A stretch of DNA of 33,628 bases from Prasinococcaceae sp. CCMP 1430 (lineage: Eukaryota; Plantae; Prasinodermophyta): assembly GCA_013416795.1 (NCBI GenBank), contig RQSC01000030.1:51637-85264 (forward strand), written 5' to 3'. Below, piece after piece: positions 1-8,351 of this stretch. The position numbers and the translations under genes were made by a program. Position 1 is the first letter of the stretch. Each line of letters starts with the position of its first letter. A model generated the notes under the pieces. The model did no database searches. It was not told the DNA's origin and was given only the letters and a program-made list of their open reading frames with translations.

Positions 1-8
1 GCGCGCTC

Positions 9-2354
9 GTGGGTGACGCGCGCACGGTGGTCGAGATTGGCGGCGCCGCCGAGGCGGGCGCGCGCGGCGAGGCCGGCCTCGGAGCGCAGGGCCGAAACGG
101 CCACGCCGGCGCTGCCATCAATGGCGCCGATGACGATTCGGGGGAGAGTGGCAAGAAGAAGGCGGACGAGGGCGACGCCTCGCGTGCCGAGATGAATGGC
201 GGCGCCTCGCACTGGCAGCCTGCCTCGCTCGCGTCCGTGGCGGGAAGTTCAGACGTCAGCGGCGGCGGCGGTGGCGGCGGCGACAAGGGCGGCGCCAGCG
301 CCACGCCGCGCGGGGGCTCGGTGGTGCTGCAGTTCTTTGACCTCACGAAGGACGTAGACACCTTTACGGGCGAGCGCAAGCGCGTGCTGCACGGCGTGAG
401 CGGCGAGGCGGTGCCGGGTGAGGTGTTGGTCCTCATGGGCCCGTCGGGGAGCGGGAAGACGACGCTCCTCAACTCGCTGCATCCGGAGCGCCGCGGGGAG
501 CACTGCGGCGGGCTGGTGACCTTCAACGGCTACCCCATGCGCAAGAGCTTCAAGCGCAAGATCGCGTACGTCCTGCAGGAGGACCTGTTCTACCCCGGGC
601 TCACCGTCAACGAGACGCTCACCTTCACGGCGCGCCTGCGCCTCAGCGGCACCGACGCCTCCAAGCGCCAAGCGGTCGCCGACATCGTGGAAACGCTCGG
701 CCTGGGCAAGTGCGCGCACTCGCCCATCATGCTCTGCTCGGGGGGCGAGAAGAAGCGCACGTCCATCGCCACCGAAATGCTCACCGACCCCAGCCTGCTG
801 CTGCTCGACGAGCCCACCTCGGGGCTGGACTCCACGACGGCCGCCGCGCTCGTGGCCACGCTCAAGAGCGTCGCGCGCACGGGCGGGCGCACGGTGGTTG
901 CGAGCATCCACCAGCCCTCGAGCCCGGTGTACGCCAGCTTTGACACCGTCATGCTCCTCTGCGACGGGAAGACAGCCTACTACGGCCCGCCCGCTGGCAC
1001 CACGCCGTACTTTCGCGAGCTGGGGTACGCGTGCCCCAGTGAGTACAACCCGGCGGACTTCATTATGGACATGGTCAATGTGCCCGGCGAGGAGGGCGTG
1101 AAGACCAAGCAGGCCATGATCGCCGCCTTCGCCGAGGGCAAGTGCACCACGATGTTCGACCCCTCGCGTCGCGGCGCCCGGGCGGCCGAGACCGCGCGCG
1201 ACCGCGCGGCGACGCTCCAGGGCAAGTCGAAGAGCAAGGTGTTCTTGGCCACCTTCAGCAAGCTCACCGGCAGGTCAGGCGCCCTGGGCGCCACCGCCAG
1301 CAACATCGCGCCTTCGAAAGCGGAGCTCACTCCGAGTCTGCCCTCGCTCGAGGAGGCCGAGGAGGGTTCGGCAGACACGCCGGCGGATGCCAGCGCCGAG
1401 GCCACGCCCGCAAAGGTCAAATCGGTCAAGTCGGTCAAGTCGCAGGAGGTCGTGGACGACGAGGGCCCCAAGTGGGCGTCCTCGTGGGCCCTGCAGACAT
1501 GGATCCTCACGCAGCGCTCGTTCCGCGTGGCCAAGGGCGAGGTGGTGACGATGCTCAACCTCGTGCAGTGCCTCCTACTGGCCGTGATCAGCGGCATCCT
1601 ATGGCTGCGCCTCGACTTCACCGAGAGCCAGGTCAACAATCGCGCGGGCTTCATTTTCTTCATTTTCACCTTCTGGCCCTTCCAGGCGCTCTTCAGCGCG
1701 CTGCTCACGTTCCCCAACGAGCGGCCGATTCTGTCCAAGGAGCGCGCCAGCGGGTCGTACAGGCTGAGCGCGTACTTCTGGGCCAAGAGCTTCGCCGAGG
1801 CGCCGCTGCGGCTCATATTCCCCACGCTGTACCAGATTATTTCGTACTGGATGGTCGGCGTGCGCGACGATGCGGGCGTCTTCTTCGCCTTCGTGGTCTT
1901 CCAGGACATCGCCGTGCTCACCGCCGAGTCCATCGGCTTCTGGATCGGCACGGCCTTCTTCAACATGCGCGCGGCGCTGGTCGCCGCGTCGGTCATCATG
2001 CTCACCCTGATGCTTCTGGGCGGCTTCTTCATCCGCAACATTCCGTCGTGGATTTCGTGGCTGAGGTACCTCTCGCACTTCAAGTATGCGAACGACGCCG
2101 CCTTGGGGCTGGTCTTTGACACGAACACGCCCTGCGATGGCTCCGGCCTGCTGCCATCGTGCGACAACTCCGCCGAGGGCTTCGCCACCAGCTCGGAGGT
2201 GCTCGACTTCCTCGACGTGCAGGGCAGCGTCGGCTTCAACGTGGGACTGCTCATCGCCATGGCTGTTGGGCTGCGCTGCCTGGCGTACCTGAACCTGCGC
2301 TTCATCAAAGCGCCGACCGCGGGTTCGCCGGCGGCGATGGCCATGCGGAGATAG
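9..2354 (+). CDS. ABCG-family (White-like) half ABC transporter, NBD-TMD, apparently intronless; 5' end uncertain (track start is GTG, first in-frame ATG at 192, frame may open before the window)
   Basis: Walker A GPSGSGKTT, Q-loop YVLQED, signature CSGGEKKR, Walker B LLLLDEPTSGLD, H-loop SIHQP, NPADF motif, C-terminal multi-TM region with KERASGSY and WISWLRYLSHFKYA; TAG at 2352-2354. Confidence 0.95.
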   Translation: MGDARTVVEIGGAAEAGARGEAGLGAQGRNGHAGAAINGADDDSGESGKKKADEGDASRAEMNGGASHWQPASLASVAGSSDVSGGGGGGGDKGGASATPRGGSVVLQFFDLTKDVDTFTGERKRVLHGVSGEAVPGEVLVLMGPSGSGKTTLLNSLHPERRGEHCGGLVTFNGYPMRKSFKRKIAYVLQEDLFYPGLTVNETLTFTARLRLSGTDASKRQAVADIVETLGLGKCAHSPIMLCSGGEKKRTSIATEMLTDPSLLLLDEPTSGLDSTTAAALVATLKSVARTGGRTVVASIHQPSSPVYASFDTVMLLCDGKTAYYGPPAGTTPYFRELGYACPSEYNPADFIMDMVNVPGEEGVKTKQAMIAAFAEGKCTTMFDPSRRGARAAETARDRAATLQGKSKSKVFLATFSKLTGRSGALGATASNIAPSKAELTPSLPSLEEAEEGSADTPADASAEATPAKVKSVKSVKSQEVVDDEGPKWASSWALQTWILTQRSFRVAKGEVVTMLNLVQCLLLAVISGILWLRLDFTESQVNNRAGFIFFIFTFWPFQALFSALLTFPNERPILSKERASGSYRLSAYFWAKSFAEAPLRLIFPTLYQIISYWMVGVRDDAGVFFAFVVFQDIAVLTAESIGFWIGTAFFNMRAALVAASVIMLTLMLLGGFFIRNIPSWISWLRYLSHFKYANDAALGLVFDTNTPCDGSGLLPSCDNSAEGFATSSEVLDFLDVQGSVGFNVGLLIAMAVGLRCLAYLNLRFIKAPTAGSPAAMAMRR

Positions 2355-2451
2355 GAGCGCTCTGGACGCAGGCAGGCCCTCAAGAGCGCAGCGCGCGGTG
2401 GCATTAGGCACACCATGATGATGCCCCGTCCATCTTTAACGAAGCCCGTCT

Positions 2452-2456
2452 TTACA
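2452..2456 (-). terminator. Green-algal-type TGTAA poly(A) signal for the hydrolase (others at 5352-5356 minus, 10867-10871 plus, 20032-20036 plus)
   Basis: TGTAA lies on the sense strand at or shortly after the stop codons of four genes; UGUAA is the established chlorophyte signal. Confidence 0.6.
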
Positions 2457-2578
2457 TCACAGAGCACGCGGCAACAGCGCGCCCTTCGGCGGCGCCCTGT
2501 TCTCAAAAATAATATGCTGCGCGGTGCAGACAGAGGTAGGTGACCATTGCGCAACAGCGCGCACCGGCCGCGCGCGGC

Positions 2579-3671
2579 CTAGCGCGCGGCGCGCGCGGAG
2601 AAGAAGCGCACGACCTCGGCGTGCACGCGCGCGCGGCCGGGCTCCGACAGCAGGTTGTGGTACATGCCCTCGCACGTCACGAAGCGCGCGCCCGCGCGCT
2701 CGCGGAGCAGCTCGGAGCCGCGAGGGTCGGTCGCCTGATCGTCGGGCGAGTGCATCGTGAGCAGCGGCACGTGCTCGGCGCGCAAGATGCCCATGTCGGC
2801 CTGCGCTGCCTTCGTTGCCTGGTAGTACTCTCGCGCGACGCGCACGACGGTGGGTGCGCCGTGATCTACGCACAGCGGATCGCGGGCCGCCTGCTGGTTC
2901 AGCTGGGGCGCCACTGGGTTGCGCGGGGTTCCTTTGGCCACCCCCAGCGTCGGCGCCACGGCGCTCGCCACGCCCGAGAGGGGCAGCAGGAAGCGGTTGA
3001 ACCCTCGCTCCACCGCGCGCTCCAGGCTGAGCATGGGCGCCACCAGCGCCAAGCCGCCGCGAGCGAAGAGGTGCGGTTTGCGCTGCGCGGCGCGCGTCGC
3101 CACGCAGCCTCCCATCGAGCAGCCCAAGACGAAGAGGGGTGTTGGAGCGGCGCCTTCGCCCGCCGCCGCCGCCTCGGCCTCACCCAAGAGCGTCATCGCC
3201 TCGGCCATGCCCAGTGCGTCGTCCACCAGGCTGTCGAAGCTCGGGAAGAACGCGCGCATGCTGTTCAGGCCGGCGACCTCGGACACGGACGGCAGCGCGC
3301 CCTCGCTGAGGCCGAACGACTGGTGGTCGTAGGCCACCACCTCGAAGCCCGCCCGGTTGAGCGCGGCGATCACCGAGCCCTCGTACGACCGCGCGGGCGA
3401 GTCGCGCGCAATGTCGCCCGGCAGCGGCACCAGCATCTCGAAGCGGGCGTGCACACCGTGGCCGTGCAGGGCGAGCACGCGCCCCTTCGGGAGCGCGCCC
3501 GGGGCCAGGCCGCGCGCGCGCCACGTGTACGTCGCGAGGGAGTTCCCGCTGGCGCCGCGGATTCTCGCGAACTGCGCTCCGGCGAGCTCGTGCTCCGCGG
3601 GCGGCGGCGGCTCCGTCGCGGGCAGCACGCAGAATCGCGCCGCCTCGAGGGCCGCGCGCCGCGCGCGCAGC
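2579..3671 (-). CDS. alpha/beta-hydrolase of the monoacylglycerol lipase/lysophospholipase (Hydrolase_4)-like family; 5' end lies in or beyond gap 3672-3892
   Basis: LHGHG oxyanion region, YDHQSFGLSEG, nucleophile elbow GCSMGG, acid region HSPDDQATD, catalytic His GMYHNLLSEP; TAG at 2581-2579; TGTAA on minus strand at 2452-2456. Confidence 0.88.
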
Positions 3672-4058
3672 NNNNNNNNNNNNNNNNNNNNNNNNNNNNN
3701 NNNNNNNNNNNNNNNNNNNNNNNNNNNNNNNNNNNNNNNNNNNNNNNNNNNNNNNNNNNNNNNNNNNNNNNNNNNNNNNNNNNNNNNNNNNNNNNNNNNN
3801 NNNNNNNNNNNNNNNNNNNNNNNNNNNNNNNNNNNNNNNNNNNNNNNNNNNNNNNNNNNNNNNNNNNNNNNNNNNNNNNNNNNNNNNNNNNNGCGGTCCC
3901 ACCGCGCGCGCGCGCGCGCCCATCCCGGGACAGAGGGCGTGAGAGCCCCGCGGAGGACAAGGACCAGGACAACGGGGGGGGAGGTGGAGGACAGGACGGA
4001 GGGCAGGGGAGGGAGGGCGGGGCAAGGGGGAAGGCACGGCAGGGGGAGCGCCCCTGCT

Positions 4059-4088
4059 GCGCGCGCGCGCGCGCGCGCGCGCGCGCGC
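4059..4088. repeat. Pure (GC)15 dinucleotide tract
   Basis: 30 uninterrupted alternating G/C bases. Confidence 0.95.
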
Positions 4089-4245
4089 CTTTCCCCCCCA
4101 AACTCCAATTCGGGTCACGTCGCAACACGCACCTCCACCCCATCCAAAAACACCATCCCAATAAACCCTAATCACAACCGCAACCCCATCGAACGGCGAC
4201 GGGGGGGGCGCCGAATCTTCCGGCCCGCGCGCGCCGCCGCGCCCG

Positions 4246-4412
4246 TTGGCGACGCGCCCCTTGGTTGGAAGTGAGGGGGCCCCGCCCTGGGGATTGGGTT
4301 TTGATGTTTGGGGGTAAAAGAAGGGTTTAGATGCGATTGGCGACGCCACGCGCCCCTTGGTTGGAAGTGCGGGAGCCCCGCTGGGGGATTGGGTTGTGAT
4401 GTTTGGGGGTAA
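4246..4412 (+). repeat. Two-copy imperfect direct repeat of about 72-76 bp (4246-4317, 4337-4412)
   Basis: Both copies read ttggcgac..gcgccccttggttggaagtg..ccccg..tggggattgggtt.tgatgtttgggggtaa. Confidence 0.9.
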
Positions 4413-4493
4413 GATTTTAGGGTTAGATTTTGCGGCGCCGAGCACGCGACTCGCCATCACGCGCCCGTTCGGGCGGACGCGCGGGTCAGGCCC

Positions 4494-4611
4494 ATGCGTT
4501 TTGATGCCAAGGCGGGTCCAAATCCAGACCCCAAATGGTACAGAACGCCTGACGGATGCGTTTTGATGGACTGCTGTACGAATGCGGGTCCAAACCCAGA
4601 CCCCAAATGGT
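4494..4611 (+). repeat. Two-copy imperfect direct repeat (4494-4539, 4556-4611)
   Basis: atgcgttttgatg...gcgggtccaaa(t/c)ccagaccccaaatggt occurs twice. Confidence 0.88.
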
Positions 4612-4979
4612 GCGTGACCACAAATCCCATCACTTCGGGTGCGTTCGTTGCGGGCGCTTTCGCGCGCGCGAAGGCGAGGACGAGTAGCCCGTGGGTACAT
4701 GTGATGTTACTTTGTGTGTTTTGATGTGGCCTTATCCGCGGGTGGCTGAGAGACGCCGCGCGCGCGCGCGCCACGCGTGCGTGCGGGGGCGCGCGGGGGC
4801 GGNNNNNNNNNNNNNNNNNNNNNNNNNNNNNNNNNNNNNNNNNNNNNNNNNNNNNNNNNNNNNNNNNNNNNNNNNNCGCGCAAGCGCCGGCCCCCCTCGC
4901 TTTCGCTGACGCGGAGGCGGCCTACGGCGCACCGTCCCGCCGGCGCCCGCGCGCGCGCGTGCCGCGTGGCCGGCTGCAG

Positions 4980-5228
4980 AGTACAAGGGCTCCAAGTGGA
5001 ACTTCGCGACGCTGCTCGGCGTGCTCTTCATCGCGACGCCGCTCGCTGGGCTCGCTTTCGCGTACTTCTCCTACGGCGTGGTGCGTCCAGGCGCCCGTCG
5101 CCTGTCGCACGTCGCGCGTGTGCGAGCTCGCGCGTGCACGACCGCCTGCGCGCGACTGAGCGCGCGTACTGACCAGCCCCTCCGCCCTTCCATCTCCCTA
5201 CGCGCGCGCGCCTCAGCTGTGGGGTTGA
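4980..5228 (+). CDS. 3' exons of a small single-TM protein of unknown function (exons 4980-5080, 5217-5228): ..YKGSKWNFATLLGVLFIATPLAGLAFAYFSYGV|LWG*; 5' exon(s) probably in gap 4803-4876
   Basis: Branch GCTGAC near 4905 and CAG acceptor 4977-4979; donor GTGCGT 5081; branch ACTGAC 5168; CAG acceptor ending 5216; GC3-rich codons; hydrophobic helix. Confidence 0.7.
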
Positions 5229-5367
5229 GCGGTAACGCCACCGCCCTTGAAGTCCATTTTCGGCCCTTCGGACTTTCGCGATCGTTCCGCGGGCGGCGCG
5301 CGCGCCGCGCTCGCGTGTGCGCGATGTGAGCGCCCCGCGACGCGGCACAGCTTACAACCGCGCGCCC

Positions 5368-7248
5368 CTATGCGTCTCCGCCCGCCGTCGCCCACTTGCG
5401 CTTGAGCGAGATGAAGCTGAGCTGCGCCTCAACCTCAAGCGAGGCGAGCTTCTTGACCGCCGGGCGCAGCTGCTCCATGTGCGCGTTCGCTTCCTGCAAT
5501 GAGGCGTGCGCACGCGTGCGCACGGGCATGTGTGCGTGAGCGACTCCTCGGCGCTGCGCCCGGCGCTCGCGCACCAGCCTGAATGCGCGCACAAAGTCGC
5601 ACACGCGCGTGCATGCGCGTGGGAGAGGACGCACCTTGGAGAAACCGCCTCCCCTTGCCTGACCGTACACGGTGGTTCCCCCGGCGCCATCGGCCCCACC
5701 GCCCTCCGCGCCGCCGCCCACGGCGCCCGCGAGGCCCGCCGGGAGCTCCATGCCCGCACCCATGCGCTCCACGCGCCGCTGGAGGCGGTCTTCGACAGCT
5801 TTGAGAAGCGCACGCTCGTCCTGCCAGATGGTGTGCTTCTGGATGTCGTGCTTCGCGGGCTTGGGCGTCGTGAGCCACGGCTTGTATCCCTGTGCGCGCG
5901 CGTGCAAATGCGCGGCACGCGCGCGTTCGTGTCAGCGTCGGCGGCCGCACGCCATCACCTCAAGAGGGCGTACTCCGGGCACCCTCATATTAGGAATACT
6001 GACAGTGATTGCTGTATCAACACGACCGACAGGCGGTCCTTCAGGCAGTACGAATAATCTGTTGAATCACAGGACGCCAATGCGCGCGCGAGAGAGAGCG
6101 CGCGTCCGCGCTCCAGCGGCGCGCTCACCTTCTTTGAGCAGTACCACACGCGCTCCGGCTCGGTGGCGACGAAGCTCACCGCGAGGCCCATGCAGTCGGC
6201 GCGGCCGACGCGGCCGATGCGGTGCACGTAGTCCTCCGACTTGTCGGGCAGCGTCATGTTGATGACAAACGGCAGCCCGCTGACGTCGATGCCGCGCGCG
6301 GCCACGTCGGTGGCGATGAGCAGGCGGAAGGCGCCGCTCTTGAAGCCCTCGAGGTTGCGCCGCCGCTCGTGCATGTCGCGCGCGCCGGCGAGCACCGCGC
6401 AGCTGTAGCGACTCTCCGGGCCGCTCTCGCGCTGCCCGGAGAACTTGGACGCCGCGCCGCCCGCCGCCATGAGGAACTTCTCCAGGTTGTCGCAGTCGTG
6501 GTTGGTGCGGCAGAAGACAATGGCCTGCTCGATCTTGAGCGCGTCGACGAGCCGCAGCAGCATGCGCGGCTTGAGGCGCTTCACCGCCTCGCTCCAGCAC
6601 TCCCTGGACGCGCTGCCCACGCCGACGTCGTCCCACGCGTGGCAGCCGTCCGTGGGCACGGCGGGCTCGCTCTGCAGCCAGCTGCGGTCCTCCTTCGGGT
6701 CAACGCTCACCACCACGTGGTCGACCGCCTCGGGCACGGCGTCCTTGCCCTTGAGGTCCACCCACGTGGGGTTTTCGGTGAGCTCGCCCGCGAGCTTCCT
6801 CACGTCCGGCGAGTGCAGCGTCGCCGAGAACATGAGCGTCTGCAGGCGGTGCGTGCCCGTGCCGCGCTTGGGCAGCCTGTTGAAGAGCTTGCGGATGTCG
6901 TCGGCGTTGCCCGTGTCAAGCAGCCGGTCGGCCTCGTCGAGCACGAAGAAGCGCACCGCGCTCACGTCGAGCTTGCCCTGGCGGATCCAGTCGGCCACGC
7001 AGCGCGGCGTGCCCACCACCACGTCCACGCCCTCCTCCAGCTGCCGCGCCTGCTTCTTGTGGTCGATGCCGCCCACAAACAGCCCCGCGCGCAGCTCGGG
7101 CGCCACCATGTACCGCTTGTACTGCTCGATGCACTGGTAGACCTGCTCGGCGAGGTCACGCGCGGGCTCGAGGATGATGGCGAGCGGCTTGGTGCCCCCC
7201 GCGGCCGCCTCCGCCGCCGCGGCGGCCTCGTCGGCGGCCGCGTCGCGC
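5368..7248 (-). CDS. DDX1: DEAD-box RNA helicase, DDX1 orthologue-like; exons (gap)7248-6129, 5889-5635, 5493-5368; N-terminus in gap 7249-7757
   Basis: LEPARDLAEQ, LDEADRLL, FSATLHS, VDLKGKDAVPEAVDHVVV, IVFCRTNHDCDNLE, TDVAARGID, NMTLPDKSEDYVHRIGRVGRADCMGLAVSFV, VWYC. The VDLKG, CDNLE and GRVGRA-x-x-MGLA segments are DDX1-specific as I recall them. GT-AG introns 6128-5890 and 5634-5494 restore the frame. Confidence 0.9.
5980..6076 (-). ncRNA. Candidate intronic box C/D snoRNA in the DDX1 intron
   Basis: AT-richer block on the host sense strand: C-like GTGATT (6070-6065), D' CTGA, GACCG/CGGTC hairpin, C'-like GTGTTGA, D-like ATGA (5988-5985), and a terminal stem cgtcc/gggtg with two G-U pairs; boxes C and D are non-canonical. 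Confidence 0.3.
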
Positions 7249-7830
7249 NNNNNNNNNNNNNNNNNNNNNNNNNNNNNNNNNNNNNNNNNNNNNNNNNNNN
7301 NNNNNNNNNNNNNNNNNNNNNNNNNNNNNNNNNNNNNNNNNNNNNNNNNNNNNNNNNNNNNNNNNNNNNNNNNNNNNNNNNNNNNNNNNNNNNNNNNNNN
7401 NNNNNNNNNNNNNNNNNNNNNNNNNNNNNNNNNNNNNNNNNNNNNNNNNNNNNNNNNNNNNNNNNNNNNNNNNNNNNNNNNNNNNNNNNNNNNNNNNNNN
7501 NNNNNNNNNNNNNNNNNNNNNNNNNNNNNNNNNNNNNNNNNNNNNNNNNNNNNNNNNNNNNNNNNNNNNNNNNNNNNNNNNNNNNNNNNNNNNNNNNNNN
7601 NNNNNNNNNNNNNNNNNNNNNNNNNNNNNNNNNNNNNNNNNNNNNNNNNNNNNNNNNNNNNNNNNNNNNNNNNNNNNNNNNNNNNNNNNNNNNNNNNNNN
7701 NNNNNNNNNNNNNNNNNNNNNNNNNNNNNNNNNNNNNNNNNNNNNNNNNNNNNNNNNCGCGAACCGCGCGCGCGCGCCGGCGCGCGCTGTGGCGGCCGCG
7801 CGCCGCGAGCGAGCGAGAGACACACCAGGC

Positions 7831-7936
7831 GCACACACACACACGCACGCACGGGCACACACACACACACACGCACACACGCACACACACGCACACACAC
7901 ACACGCACACACACACACACACACACACGCACGCAC
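7831..7936. repeat. Imperfect (CA)n/(CG)n microsatellite, probably in the DDX1 5' intron or UTR
   Basis: Visible cacacacac/cacgcac run. Confidence 0.9.
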
Positions 7937-8087
7937 GCGTGGCGGCGGCGCCTGCCTGGTGCCTCCCCCACCCCCAACTTTTTCTTTTTTTTCTTTTTTG
8001 CGCGCATTTCTCCGAAGAATTCCCCGCCCGCATACATAACAAACAAATGATGAATTCCCGGCTTTTTGTGGCGCGGCGCGCCGGGAG

Positions 8088-8211
8088 CCGGACCGCGCGG
8101 GCTACGACAATTCGAAGTACGAACAATGAACCCACGGGCGAGCTAAAGCGTTGCCCGGACCGCACGCGCTACGACAATTCGAAGTACGAACAATTACCCC
8201 ACGGGCGAGCT
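8088..8211 (+). repeat. 67-bp-period two-copy direct repeat in the divergent DDX1/PPR promoter region
   Basis: ccggaccgc..gctacgacaattcgaagtacgaacaat...cccacgggcgagct starts at 8088 and 8155. Confidence 0.92.
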
Positions 8212-8351
8212 TACACATTTTTCATGCGTGCATTTTTTTTTATTTTGCGGATGTGCGCCGACGCCCTCATCCCCCCCCCCCCCCCNGCTCGCCGGGCCGC
8301 GCAAAGAGGCGTGGGCGAGGGTGAGTTCCGCGGGGAGGGAGAGCGGGCGAG

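Noticed and set aside
2540-4171. Long antisense or alternative-frame ORFs (for example 2540-4171+, 980-2554-, 12520-15270-, 20250-22703+, 6222-8039+)
   Set aside because: Shadow ORFs expected at this GC content; Arg/Ala-rich, no motifs, and several run through N-gaps or microsatellites
4163-4426. Telomere-like AAACCCTA and TTTTAGGGTTAG
   Set aside because: Isolated single units, not a telomeric array or chromosome end; kept only as possible telo-boxes
8047-8053. Perfect box C (ATGATGA) suggesting a snoRNA
   Set aside because: No CTGA box D within snoRNA distance downstream
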